Origin: Candidatus Micrarchaeota archaeon
GTDB taxonomy: Archaea > Micrarchaeota > Micrarchaeia > Anstonellales > Bilamarchaeaceae
NCBI GenBank assembly: GCA_040758595.1
Contig: JBFLVJ010000004.1
Span: forward strand, 3,896-67,895
DNA length: 64,000 bases
Direction of reading: 5' to 3'
Shown here: positions 55,239 through 64,000 of the stretch, piece by piece
Layout: every line of letters starts with the position of its first letter
Numbering within the stretch: the stretch's first letter is position 1
Translations under genes and position numbers: made by a program
The notes under the pieces: generated by a model
The model's input: the letters and a program-made list of their open reading frames with translations, nothing else
The model's database searches: none
What the model was told of the DNA's origin: nothing

Positions 55239-56150
55239 GTGATTCAGATGGACCAGCAAGAGCTCGAGAACTTCAGGGAGGCCGGGAAGATCGCCTCCAG
55301 GATCCGCGAGGACAGCAAGCGCCTCATCATGGTGGGCGAACCTCTGCTAGACATCGCTGAGACCATAGAGCAGATGATTGCCGAGGAAGGGGCGAAGCCC
55401 GCCTTCCCGGTCAACATATCCATCAACGAGATAGCTGCCCATTACACGCCCGAGTTCGGCTCGGAAACCGTCCTCAAGGACGACGATCTGGTCAAGGTCG
55501 ATCTGGGGATGCAGGTCGATGGCGCGTTGTCTGATACCGCCTACACCATAGACCTGGGCGGCAAGAACGAGAAGCTGGTCCAGGCAGCTGAAGAGGCTCT
55601 GGAGAAGGCCATCGCGACGATAAAACCCGGGGTGGGCGTTGGCCAGGTGGGCGCCATCATCGAATCGACCATCAAAGGATACGGGTTCAAGCCCATCGCG
55701 AACCTCTCGGGCCACATGATAAAATCCAACGAGCTCCATGCGGGGGTCGAGATCCCGAATGTCAAGACCGAGGATTCCTATCATTTCGAGGAGGGCGATA
55801 TCTTCGCTGTCGAGCCCTTCGCGACGACCGGCCAGGGCTTTGTGGAGGATTTGGAGCAGGTCGAGATATTCTCCATCTACGCTCCTTCCAACGTGAGGAT
55901 GAGGCAGTCCAGGAAGATAGTGGAGCACGTGGTGCAGAACTACGGCATGCTCCCTTTCGCCGAGAGGTGGGTGAGGAAGAGCTTCCAGTCCAAGCTGCTC
56001 GTGAGCGCTGCATTGCGCGAGCTGCTCCAGAACCATTTCATAAAAGGCTATCCGGTCCTGCGCGAAGTCGCGCGAGGGCTGGTGTCGCAGGCCGAGCACA
56101 CGGTGCTGGTCACCAAAGACGGCTGCGAAGTGCTCACTAAACAGATATAA
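55239..56150 (+). CDS. map: Methionine aminopeptidase (type II, archaeal)
   Basis: Pita-bread-fold metal ligands in MetAP-II arrangement (…DLVKVDLGMQVDG…, …SGHMIKSNELHAG…, …FAVEPFATTGQG…). Confidence 0.85.
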   Translation: MIQMDQQELENFREAGKIASRIREDSKRLIMVGEPLLDIAETIEQMIAEEGAKPAFPVNISINEIAAHYTPEFGSETVLKDDDLVKVDLGMQVDGALSDTAYTIDLGGKNEKLVQAAEEALEKAIATIKPGVGVGQVGAIIESTIKGYGFKPIANLSGHMIKSNELHAGVEIPNVKTEDSYHFEEGDIFAVEPFATTGQGFVEDLEQVEIFSIYAPSNVRMRQSRKIVEHVVQNYGMLPFAERWVRKSFQSKLLVSAALRELLQNHFIKGYPVLREVARGLVSQAEHTVLVTKDGCEVLTKQI

Positions 56151-56177
56151 ATCCGGATTGCGCAAGATTATCCTCTT

Positions 56178-56285
56178 GGGCCCGTGTGGCAACCTGGATA
56201 ACCGGCGGGGCTTCGGAAGCTCTGGACCTATCGCGGTCCATGCTGGTGCTACCCCGAGATAAGGGTTCAAATCCCTTCGGGCCCG
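56178..56285 (+). tRNA. tRNA-Arg(TCG), intron-containing (~34-nt intron)
   Basis: Manual fold: acceptor GGGCCCG/CGGGCCC, discriminator G, U8, D-loop AACCTGGATA (G18G19), anticodon stem CGGGG/CCCCG, loop CTTCGG|A (U33, TCG, G37), intron with GGACC…GGTCC hairpin, T-arm AAGGG-TTCAAAT-CCCTT. Confidence 0.6.
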
Positions 56286-56493
56286 AAATCCTTTCTGCCT
56301 CCTGTTCCGGGTCTTGTGTTCAGTCTCAGGGGTTTCGGGAACAAAGTGACCGCAGGTCACAACGGGCCCGAAATCCTTTCTGCCTCCTGTTCCGGGTCTT
56401 GTGTTCAGTCTCAGGGGTTTCGGGAACAAAGTGACCGCAGGTCACAACGGGCCCGAAATCCTTTCTGCCTCCTGTTCCGGGTCTTGTGTTCAG
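56278..56493 (+). repeat. Tandem direct repeat, 85-bp unit x 2.5 copies, the first copy starting inside the 3' acceptor strand of tRNA-Arg
   Basis: Unit CGGGCCCGAAATCCTTTCTGCCTCCTGTTCCGGGTCTTGTGTTCAGTCTCAGGGGTTTCGGGAACAAAGTGACCGCAGGTCACAA repeats with exact period 85 at 56278, 56363 and 56448. Each unit carries internal inverted repeats (CCCGAAA…TTTCGGG; GACCGCAGGTC). Confidence 0.8.
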
Positions 56494-56496
56494 GGC

Positions 56497-57801
56497 CTAA
56501 TCCTTCCCCGAGGTTATCATTCTCGCGAAGAGCGCCTGCACGTGCTGGACATACCTCTCTGCGGTGGTCGCCGCATATGTCGGATATATGGCCATGCCCA
56601 TGGCGGTCACACTTCTCGGCTGCGCTTCGAAATCAGGCTCGTTCATGGCAGGATCGAGCGCGGGCAGCGTCTCCACGAGCTCCTTCTGGAGTATGGCAGT
56701 GGTGCGCGGTATCAGCCGGTTTCCATCCCATCTCCTGGCAGATTGGAAGAGCGACATCGCTATCCCTTCCAGGTGCTCCCCCTCGCGGTCGTCCGGTATC
56801 TTTCCCTTGCTTTCGTTCCAGGTGGTTATCATGTCCATGATGAACCGTTTCACCCTGGTTTCGGCCTGCATAGCATGGAGCGCTCCCATCACCGCTGTGT
56901 CGCTCATCAGCTCGATCGCGCCTGCAGGCGGATGCATCGGATAGAGGTCGAACGTGGTGAGTGGTACTTCTTTGGACATATCCACTATGGCCATCAGCAA
57001 GCTTCCGGTCTCGCCCAGTTCCGGGTGCGGCACTATCGCCCTTGCCGGGAACGCGTTGTATCCGTTGCGCCTCAGCACAGCAGCCGCGAGCACATACATC
57101 TCCAGCGGATGGCAGAACGTGAACTGTACTCCTCCGGTTACCTCGTCGAGGGCTATCCTCGGCTGCTCCAGCATCGCGGCCGCGGTCGGCAATTCGTCCG
57201 GAGCCATGTGATCCTCATTGTATCTGCTGGCGAAACCTTCGGTGATATCAGGATGAATCCTGATGAGCCTGTCTATGATGCCGTCAAGGTCTCCGTCTTC
57301 AAGCCCTTCGAGCAGCATCTCCGAGAACCTGCCCACGGCTTCGCTGTTTTCGGAATAGGGTCCCTCCTCGGGGGCCAGCGCGTGCTGCTCCAGCTTGGCA
57401 TTGGCTTCCAGCAGCTGCTCATCCAGCCAATCGTCGGCGCTCTCTTCCTGCGACGCAGGGTGCGGATCGCCATCCCGCACGACCCTGAGCTTGGGCCTCT
57501 TCCTCCTTCCCAGGCCCCATACGTGGGCGTGGGCTCCATGTTCCTCGGATTTCACGAGCGACTCACCGGTGATCACGCTTCCCAGCCTGATCCTGGGGAC
57601 GCTATCCTTGAGCAGTACGCATCCTATCTCTCCGCTCTGGACGCTTCTCTCTGAGGCATCTTCCCTATCGGCTCTGGGGGTCTCGATGAGCGGAGTGGCT
57701 TTCGGAGGCTGGGGTGCGGCCTTCGGTGCTTCAGAACCTTTCGGCATCGCCTGCTTCATGTCCCCGTATCTCTTCCTGTTCCTCTCTCTGAATGTCATGC
57801 G
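56497..57801 (-). CDS. Hypothetical protein (acidic, ~435 aa)
   Basis: Long ORF with coding-like composition. No recognisable domain. Start taken at MTFRERN. The longer ORF would overlap korA. Confidence 0.45.
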   Translation of the reverse strand, partial: RMTFRERNRKRYGDMKQAMPKGSEAPKAAPQPPKATPLIETPRADREDASERSVQSGEIGCVLLKDSVPRIRLGSVITGESLVKSEEHGAHAHVWGLGRRKRPKLRVVRDGDPHPASQEESADDWLDEQLLEANAKLEQHALAPEEGPYSENSEAVGRFSEMLLEGLEDGDLDGIIDRLIRIHPDITEGFASRYNEDHMAPDELPTAAAMLEQPRIALDEVTGGVQFTFCHPLEMYVLAAAVLRRNGYNAFPARAIVPHPELGETGSLLMAIVDMSKEVPLTTFDLYPMHPPAGAIELMSDTAVMGALHAMQAETRVKRFIMDMITTWNESKGKIPDDREGEHLEGIAMSLFQSARRWDGNRLIPRTTAILQKELVETLPALDPAMNEPDFEAQPRSVTAMGMAIYPTYAATTAERYVQHVQALFARMITSGKD

Positions 57802-57959
57802 GCATCCTCTGTTTGTAGTCGGTATAAGTGTTACAAACGGTATTAAAATGTATCCAATCCGCCGGCAACAGCAGCACGACAACTGCCGATAGGCCGCTCG
57901 ATAATTTTTTAAGGGAAACCCCGGGAATGCTATCCCAACCAGTTACAGGAAGTGACACT

Positions 57960-59768
57960 ATGGATTTCGTATGCAAGATTGGCGGCCAGGCCGGAGCAGG
58001 TGTGATGGTCGCGAGCAGGCTCATGGTCAAATGTTTCACCCGGGGCGGCTACCACGCGATAGCCTATCCGGAGTATCCTTCGCTCATCAGAGGCGGCCAC
58101 AACTCCGTCCAGATAAGGGTGGCGGACGGGAAGATACACGCCCCGCTCCAGGAGATAGACCTCCTGGTCGCGCTCAACAAGGACGCGCTCTTCTATCACA
58201 TGAGCAGCATGGCGGAAGGGGGCGTGATAATATACGACAAGCTCATAGACGCCAGCAAGTTCAAGGTCAAGAAGGGCGTGAAGATGCATGCACTGCCGCT
58301 TCTGGACCTGACAAAGGAAGTGGGCGGGACCGAGCAGATGAAGAACACCACCGCGCTCGGAGCAGCGCTGGCAGCCGTCGAGTATCCCTTGGATGTCCTG
58401 GCAGGCATCATGCAGGACGAATTCGGCAGGAAAGGGGAGGCGGTCGTCAAGAAGAACATGGACGCCGCCAAGGCAGGGTATGATTTCGTCAAGAGCAACA
58501 GCATGCACTGCAAGAAGGCGCTCAAGCCGCTCTCAGACGAACGGAAGGTCATAATCACCGGGAACGAAGCCATCTCGCTCGGCGCGGTCGCCGGCGGCAT
58601 GAAATTCTATTCCGCATATCCTATGACTCCGGCATCGAGCATCCTGCACTATTTGATAGCCAACGAGCGCAGCCTGGATATCGTCACCAAGCAGACCGAG
58701 GACGAGATAGCCGCCATCAACTATGCGATAGGCGCATCGTTCGCAGGCGCGCGGGCCATGGTGGGCACTTCGGGCGGAGGTTTCGCTTTGATGGTGGAAG
58801 CCCTTGGGATGGCGGCCCTTGCAGAAGTCCCGATCGTGGTCTCGCTGGTCCAGAGAGTGGGGCCGAGCACCGGCATGCCCACCTGGACAGAGCAGGCGGA
58901 TCTCAGGTTCGCGCTGCACGCGTCGCAGGGCGATTTCCCGAGGATCATCCTCGCCCCGGGCGATATCGATGAGTGCTTCTACATGTCGGCCGAAGCCTTC
59001 AACCTCGCCGAGAGATACCAGGTGCCGGTGATCATCATATCCGACAAGTATCTCTCAGAAAGCGTTTTCACAACCGAGCGCTTCGACATGAAGAGGGTCA
59101 AGATCGATCGGGGGAAGATCGCATCCGGACTGCCTGAACTCGCACCGATGGCTAGGTGGAAGAGGTACGAACTCACAAAGGACGGCGTCTCGCCGAGGGT
59201 TTTCCCCGGGACCCCGAACGGCCTGCATGTGGGCACTTCCTACGAGCACGACGAGACCGGATTCTCGACAGAGAGCTTCATAATGAGGACCAAACAGGTC
59301 CAGAAGCGGGCGAAGAAGGCGGCATCCATCCTTAAGGAGATGGAAGGCCCGCAGCTCCACGGTCCCAAGAGCGCGGATGTGACCCTGGTGGGGTGGGGTT
59401 CTACCAAGCTCTCCGCCCTGGACGCGCTGCCCCTGCTACAAAGGGCCGGGATAAAAGCCAACTACCTGCATTTCAGCCACCTCTTCCCGTTGGACGAGAA
59501 GGAGGTGCAGAAGGCGTTCGCAGGCAAGAGGAATCTCATCATGCTAGAGGGCAACTCCACCGCCCAGTTCGCGGGCATGCTGAAACAGTATGCAGGGCTG
59601 GAGATGGACTTCCACCTGCTCAAATACGACGGGAGGCCCTTCTTCCCAGAGCAGATAGCCGAGGAGGTCGCGAAACTGAAGAAAGCCGGCTTAAAGGGGC
59701 CGAAGGAGAGGACAGTGGTCGAGAAGGAGGACCTCGAGTACTATAATCCCCAGAGGCACGGGCTATAG
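57960..59768 (+). CDS. korA: 2-oxoacid:ferredoxin oxidoreductase subunit alpha (fused gamma-alpha type)
   Basis: N-terminal PorG-like region (…KIGGQAGAGVMVASRL…) fused to a KorA/PorA alpha domain (…ITGNEAISLGAVAGG…YPMTPAS…). Start taken at MDFVCKIGGQ. Confidence 0.8.
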   Translation: MDFVCKIGGQAGAGVMVASRLMVKCFTRGGYHAIAYPEYPSLIRGGHNSVQIRVADGKIHAPLQEIDLLVALNKDALFYHMSSMAEGGVIIYDKLIDASKFKVKKGVKMHALPLLDLTKEVGGTEQMKNTTALGAALAAVEYPLDVLAGIMQDEFGRKGEAVVKKNMDAAKAGYDFVKSNSMHCKKALKPLSDERKVIITGNEAISLGAVAGGMKFYSAYPMTPASSILHYLIANERSLDIVTKQTEDEIAAINYAIGASFAGARAMVGTSGGGFALMVEALGMAALAEVPIVVSLVQRVGPSTGMPTWTEQADLRFALHASQGDFPRIILAPGDIDECFYMSAEAFNLAERYQVPVIIISDKYLSESVFTTERFDMKRVKIDRGKIASGLPELAPMARWKRYELTKDGVSPRVFPGTPNGLHVGTSYEHDETGFSTESFIMRTKQVQKRAKKAASILKEMEGPQLHGPKSADVTLVGWGSTKLSALDALPLLQRAGIKANYLHFSHLFPLDEKEVQKAFAGKRNLIMLEGNSTAQFAGMLKQYAGLEMDFHLLKYDGRPFFPEQIAEEVAKLKKAGLKGPKERTVVEKEDLEYYNPQRHGL

Positions 59769-60647
59769 GTGATGATTATGGCTACCGTCATTGATTTCAG
59801 CGTGAAGGAGAAGGCTCAGTGGTGCCCGGGATGCGGCGATTTCGCGATCCTAGGAGCGCTCAAGCAGGCGCTCTCCGAACTGGAGATCGCGCCTCACGAC
59901 ACCGTCGTGTGCTCTGGCATCGGATGCAGCAGCAAGCTGCCGCACTATGTCCGGAGCTACGGCTTCGAGTCCCTCCACGGAAGAGGGTTGCCGGTCGCGT
60001 CCGGGATCAAGCTGGCCAACCACAAGCTCCATGTGGTCTCGGTGGGCGGCGACGGAGACGGATACGGCATCGGCACCGCGCATTTCGTGCACATCATGAG
60101 GAGGAACTACGACCTCACCTACATAGTCCACGACAACCAGATATACGGCCTCACCACAGGGCAGGCATCGCCCACATCCCAGCTCGGGATGAAGACCAAG
60201 ACGACGCCTTACGGTGTGGTGGAGACCCCTTTCAACCCTCTGGCGAGCGCGATAATCGGCGGAGCGACGTTCGTCTCAAGGGTGTTCGCCGGAGACATGG
60301 TCCACATGAAGGACGTCATCAAGCAGGCTATCGCCCACAAAGGGTTCGCCCTTGTCGATGTGCTCCAGCCCTGTGTGACGTTCAACAAGCTCAACACCTA
60401 CGACTTCTTCAAGCAGAGGTGCTATAAGCTCGAGGACTCCGGACATGACCCTGCGGATTCGGGCAAGGCGCTTCAGAAGGCTCTCGAAGCCACCGCTGCC
60501 AACTACGAGAAGATCCCCATCGGCGTGTTCTTCAAGGAGGAGAGGGCGACATACGAGAGCACCCTCCCGCAGATAGCCGAGATGCCGCTGGTGAAGAAGG
60601 ATCTCTCCAAGATAGACATCTCGCACGCATACAAGGAGTTCGAGTGA
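59769..60647 (+). CDS. korB: 2-oxoacid:ferredoxin oxidoreductase subunit beta (TPP-binding)
   Basis: …WCPGCGDFAIL… and TPP motif GGDGDGYGIG. GTG start immediately after the korA stop. Confidence 0.85.
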   Translation: MMIMATVIDFSVKEKAQWCPGCGDFAILGALKQALSELEIAPHDTVVCSGIGCSSKLPHYVRSYGFESLHGRGLPVASGIKLANHKLHVVSVGGDGDGYGIGTAHFVHIMRRNYDLTYIVHDNQIYGLTTGQASPTSQLGMKTKTTPYGVVETPFNPLASAIIGGATFVSRVFAGDMVHMKDVIKQAIAHKGFALVDVLQPCVTFNKLNTYDFFKQRCYKLEDSGHDPADSGKALQKALEATAANYEKIPIGVFFKEERATYESTLPQIAEMPLVKKDLSKIDISHAYKEFE

Positions 60648-60675
60648 GCGGTGTCCGCCTGTCCAGCGCCGCTCA

Positions 60676-63321
60676 TCAGTCCAGCTTCCAGTATTTCTTG
60701 TTCTTTATGAAATTCTTCTGCGCTTCGATGAGGTCCAGGTAGAACGCCTCCTCGCTGCGCTGGAGCTTCTTGAGCACGCGGTCTGCTGTCGCCGGCCCGA
60801 TGCCGTAGCTGGAGAGCGCGATGAGCGCCCGCTTCCCATATGCCCGTATCAGCCCGGCGGAGAATTCCATCGCATGGGCATCGGTCGTCTCCCTGGGCAT
60901 ATAGGCTAGCGACTGCGTCCCGCACTTGTGGCATCCTATCCTCTCAGGAGCCCCGGCCAGATGCATGAACCTGGTCGTTCCGCAGTGGAGGCACTTGAGC
61001 TGCACGGTCCTGGAGAGCGCGTTCTCGCGGAACGCATCCACCATCTTCTCCCTGGGCTGGAAAGCGCCCACGGCTTCCGACCCAGAGACCCTCTCCAACC
61101 CCACATTCGCGAAGAAGCTCGGCTTCTTCCGTTCATCCACGACCAGCCTCAGCTTCCCCCGCTTGATGTCTGACAACGCCCCTTCCGCGCCCTCGACGTC
61201 GAAGTACCTGAAGAATATGGCGCGCAATGTCTCCTCATATACCAGCGAGTGCCTCATGGCGTGGACGAAGCGGGAACTGACGCTCGCGTCCTCAGATAGC
61301 AGTCCGAACATCCTCCCGACATGCAGGAACTTGAAGCGGACCAGCGGGGAGTTGTCGAGGGCATCCTCCAGCAGCCTGCGCACGCCGCGCAGCTCCTTGA
61401 AGCTCCTCTCTATCACCTCTGCCTTGAGCGGGAAGGGGAGCTTCATCATGATCCTGTAGGGATCGGCGACCGATATCACGCTCTCGCCTATCAGGTTGGA
61501 TAGCTTCTTGGAGAATATGCGGGAGATGCATTCATTTATCCTGGTGCCGAAGCATGCGTGGATGACGACTATCTCTCCTATGCACTCCAGTATCACCGTC
61601 TTGTCGTCCGGCATCGGCGAGACGTCCCGCTTGGCGGTGCGCATCCTCCCCACACCCTGCGCAACTTCATAGGAGACCGGGATGTCCTCTCCGGTCCATG
61701 AAGGGACCATGATGTCTGTTGCCGATGTGGGCTCTGCAAGCACGAGAGTGTCCGTTATGTCCACCACCCGCCATGGCATCCCGTGCGAGAGGAAGCTCGC
61801 CCCCTCTTCCAGGCCCACCACGAACTCCTCGTCCAGGCTGGCTATTATCTTGTTCGCGGTGATATCCTTCATCAGGAACCGTTTCGTCTTCGGTATCGTG
61901 CTCAGGAAAGAGCCGTAATAGGAGCGTGCCCTGCTCATAGCCTTTATAGAAATCCCTTTTGCATGCTCGTCATAGAAGAGGAGGCCTTCGCCATGCAGCT
62001 GGAGGGCTATCATCCGCAGCTTGTCATACGGGATTCCGTAAGCGTAGGAGCGCGAGAGTATCGCGTGCGCCCTCTCGAGCTCCATCCTGCCGAAATCCAG
62101 GCAGAGCCCTATCAACTGGTGGCCGATGACATCCAAGGCGCCCCGCTCCACGGCTTTATCCTCCATCCTCCCGCTCTTCGCGAGGGCGACGATGACCTCG
62201 CTCTCGAGCATGTCGTCGAAATCAGAGGGGAACATCACACCCTTTGGGATTTTCTGGAGGCTGTGGCCTGATCTTCCGACCCTCTGGATGAGCCTGAACA
62301 CCTGGTGGGGCGAGCCGTACTGCATCGCGAGCGACACGTCGCCCACATCGATGCCGAGCTCCAGCGACGAGGTGCAAACAATGGAGTTGAGCTTGCCTGA
62401 TTTGAACTCGTCCTCGGTCGCGAGCCGCACGTCCTTACCGAGCGAGCCGTGGTGCACTCCTATGGGCGCGCCCATCTTCATTAGCGAAGCCCCCAGCTCC
62501 TCGGCATAGCTCCTGGTATTGACGAAAATGAGCGAGCGGTTCTTCTCCGATAGCTCCTTTATCCTCTCGAGCCGCTTCTCCTTGCTCCCTATGTGTTCTA
62601 CCGACAGCTCCATCTCGCGGTGCTTCCCGCTCTCGCAGAGCGCAAACTCCCGCTTCCCGAAGACCAGTTTGGCCGCTTCGTTCTCGTTGGCCACGGTAGC
62701 GCTGATGGCGATGCGCTGGAACTCCGCTATCTCCCCGAGCCTCTCCAGACCCATGGAGAGCTGGGCCCCTCTCTTGTTGTCTAAAATGTCGTGGACCTCA
62801 TCCACTATCACGAACCTGACCGATGCGAGGTGCCTGCGCATTATCTTGCCCAGCAATAGCGCTTGCAGCGACTCCACGGTCGTCAGCAGTATCTTGGGCG
62901 GGTTCCTCCGATGCTTGGCCCTCTGGCTCTGCGTGGTGTCCCCGGTCCGAATATCATGAGTTATGGAGAGCCTCTCGCACCACCAGTCGAAGCGGTCCTT
63001 CAGATCGCGGGAGAGGGCGCGCAGAGGGGTGATGTAGAGCGCATGGATGCCTCCGGCATCCGGTCCCCCGCCACCGATTTCGTGTTCCCGGTCTCCAGTC
63101 TCGGGTCCTCCGTTTCCCGTCCCGGGTTTCCGGTCTCCTGTTCCCTGTTCCGCCTCCGTTATCTTCTCGAGCACGGGTAGCAATGCGCTCTCTGTCTTGC
63201 CGGAGCCGGTCGGGGCGAGGATTAGCACGTGCTCTCCGGATAGCACGCGGGGTATCGCGCTCTTCTGTATCTGGGTGAGCTCCCCGAAGCGCTCCCGGAC
63301 CAGTTCGACCACCGTGGACAT
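60676..63321 (-). CDS. lhr: Lhr-type ATP-dependent DEAD/DEAH-box helicase with C-terminal zinc ribbon
   Basis: Motif I APTGSGKTE, motif II VIVDEVH, helicase-C region, Lhr-like domain, and C-terminal CLHCG…CHKCG. Carries a ~35-aa Gly/Pro/Thr-rich insertion between motifs I and Ia, encoded by GC-rich repeat DNA at ~63071-63150. Confidence 0.8.
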   Translation of the reverse strand: MSTVVELVRERFGELTQIQKSAIPRVLSGEHVLILAPTGSGKTESALLPVLEKITEAEQGTGDRKPGTGNGGPETGDREHEIGGGGPDAGGIHALYITPLRALSRDLKDRFDWWCERLSITHDIRTGDTTQSQRAKHRRNPPKILLTTVESLQALLLGKIMRRHLASVRFVIVDEVHDILDNKRGAQLSMGLERLGEIAEFQRIAISATVANENEAAKLVFGKREFALCESGKHREMELSVEHIGSKEKRLERIKELSEKNRSLIFVNTRSYAEELGASLMKMGAPIGVHHGSLGKDVRLATEDEFKSGKLNSIVCTSSLELGIDVGDVSLAMQYGSPHQVFRLIQRVGRSGHSLQKIPKGVMFPSDFDDMLESEVIVALAKSGRMEDKAVERGALDVIGHQLIGLCLDFGRMELERAHAILSRSYAYGIPYDKLRMIALQLHGEGLLFYDEHAKGISIKAMSRARSYYGSFLSTIPKTKRFLMKDITANKIIASLDEEFVVGLEEGASFLSHGMPWRVVDITDTLVLAEPTSATDIMVPSWTGEDIPVSYEVAQGVGRMRTAKRDVSPMPDDKTVILECIGEIVVIHACFGTRINECISRIFSKKLSNLIGESVISVADPYRIMMKLPFPLKAEVIERSFKELRGVRRLLEDALDNSPLVRFKFLHVGRMFGLLSEDASVSSRFVHAMRHSLVYEETLRAIFFRYFDVEGAEGALSDIKRGKLRLVVDERKKPSFFANVGLERVSGSEAVGAFQPREKMVDAFRENALSRTVQLKCLHCGTTRFMHLAGAPERIGCHKCGTQSLAYMPRETTDAHAMEFSAGLIRAYGKRALIALSSYGIGPATADRVLKKLQRSEEAFYLDLIEAQKNFIKNKKYWKLD

Positions 63322-63357
63322 CGGTGGATATATATCGTGGGAAGGGATTAAGAGCGC

Positions 63358-63777
63358 CTAGCCCTCGAAGCCGAGCTTCTCGAAGACGCCTCGGGAGAGG
63401 ATTATGACGAGTGTGATGGCGCTCGATGCAGCCACCTCTGTCCACATGCCGAGTCCGACGAGCATCCCCACGCCGGCAGTGACCCAAATGGCTGCCGCAG
63501 TAGTGAGACCGGTTGGCTTGGCCCCCTGCTTCCATATGACTCCGAGGCCGAGGAAACCGATGCCGGTCACTATCTGGCCCAGTATGCGCGTCTGGTCGGT
63601 GACTGAGCCTGGACCGAATACATCGCTTATGGCGATTATGGTGAAGATTGTGCAGCCCAGGCAGAAAAGCGAGAAAGTACGGGCCCCTGCGACCTTCTTT
63701 TTCCTGGAGATGCCTATAAGCAGGCCTATCAGCGCAGCAGCGATCATCCTCAAGAACATGTCGCTTTCAGTGAGCAT
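63358..63777 (-). CDS. MgtC/SapB-family membrane protein
   Basis: …MIAAALIGLLIGISRKKKVAGARTF… and four TM helices typical of the MgtC N-domain. Start taken at MLTESDMF. The ORF opens at 63987. Confidence 0.55.
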   Translation of the reverse strand: MLTESDMFLRMIAAALIGLLIGISRKKKVAGARTFSLFCLGCTIFTIIAISDVFGPGSVTDQTRILGQIVTGIGFLGLGVIWKQGAKPTGLTTAAAIWVTAGVGMLVGLGMWTEVAASSAITLVIILSRGVFEKLGFEG

Positions 63778-63840
63778 GCGGCTATTTCTGTGACAGAGCT
63801 TTATAAGTCTTCCTCGCACCCAAAACCACAGGTGACCATA

Positions 63841-64000
63841 ATGAGATCGCTCATGCGACAAATGCCCTATCTCGGGCCCGAGGATGGGAAGCCGTTCCGC
63901 AGGGATGGTTTGAAGGAAGGATTGCGCAGGCTGCGCGAGGACGAGTTCTCCAAGGTGTTCTCCACCTTCTCCAGGCTGAGCTCGCAAGAACGGCTCGACC
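63841..64000 (+). CDS. Hypothetical protein, 3'-truncated at the window edge
   Basis: ORF MRSLMRQMPYLGPEDGKPFRRDGLKEGLRRLREDEFSKVF… runs to the end of the window. Confidence 0.2.
   Translation, partial: MRSLMRQMPYLGPEDGKPFRRDGLKEGLRRLREDEFSKVFSTFSRLSSQERLD

Noticed and set aside
56278-56493. Possible CRISPR array (45-nt repeat-like block alternating with 40-nt spacer-like block)
   Set aside because: The spacer-like blocks are identical to each other, so this is an 85-bp tandem duplication and not a repeat-spacer array. No cas genes lie in the window.
57801-57960. Overlap between the long forms of ORF 56497-57882 (-) and korA 57828-59768 (+)
   Set aside because: Both have internal ATGs that remove the overlap (MTFRERN at 57801; MDFVCKIGGQ at 57960). 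The N-terminal extensions have no homology support, so the shorter models were adopted.

Overview
This is a high-GC (~58-60%) archaeal chromosomal segment. Euryarchaeal-type markers are present: family B DNA polymerase, proteasome alpha subunit, Pus10, GGGP synthase, geranylgeranyl reductase, a translin-like protein, archaeal-type UMP kinase, and two intron-containing tRNA genes. All of this was read by eye from the translations; nothing was confirmed by a search.

- **Bases 1-25,800: surface-glycan biosynthesis island.** It contains a CDP-6-deoxyhexose module (Glc-1-P cytidylyltransferase, CDP-Glc 4,6-dehydratase, zinc-ribbon SAM methyltransferase, RmlD-like reductase, RmlC-like epimerase). 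It also contains a NeuB/NeuA-type ulosonic-acid module that unusually includes an SDR, an aldehyde dehydrogenase and a fused transketolase, plus an FkbM methyltransferase, a KpsS/KpsC-like transferase and a GMD-like dehydratase. Also present are three GT4 and two GT2 glycosyltransferases (one processive, QxxRW-type), a Wzx-type flippase and an A24-peptidase-like membrane protein.
- **Bases 25,800-46,000: mostly housekeeping.** LemA, htpX, psmA, pyrH, translin, polB, pus10, pyrE, GGGPS, GGR, mtaD, a transglutaminase-like protein and purD. Two exceptions are a 632-aa tandem-repeat (FGSW...AGL) protein and an AT-rich islet encoding an AlbA_2/HATPase_c_4 protein.
- **Bases 46,000-57,000: accessory zone.** A tightly packed minus-strand operon of two membrane proteins, a HerA/VirB4-like ATPase, a wHTH protein and a translationally coupled small ORF. 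This is my best candidate for an undescribed membrane DNA-translocation (Ced/Ted-like) or defence module. Next to it are a truncated IS200/IS605 TnpB with an LE-like hairpin, an array of five perfect hairpins, intron-containing tRNA-Gly(GCC), a ParB-like nuclease, a glutaredoxin, map, and intron-containing tRNA-Arg(TCG). The tRNA-Arg is followed by 2.5 copies of an 85-bp tandem repeat that begins with the tRNA 3' end.
- **Bases 57,000-64,000.** 2-oxoacid:ferredoxin oxidoreductase alpha and beta, an Lhr-type helicase carrying an in-frame GC-rich short-repeat insertion that recurs near tRNA-Gly, and MgtC.

No rRNA, CRISPR array, cas gene or integrase was recognised.
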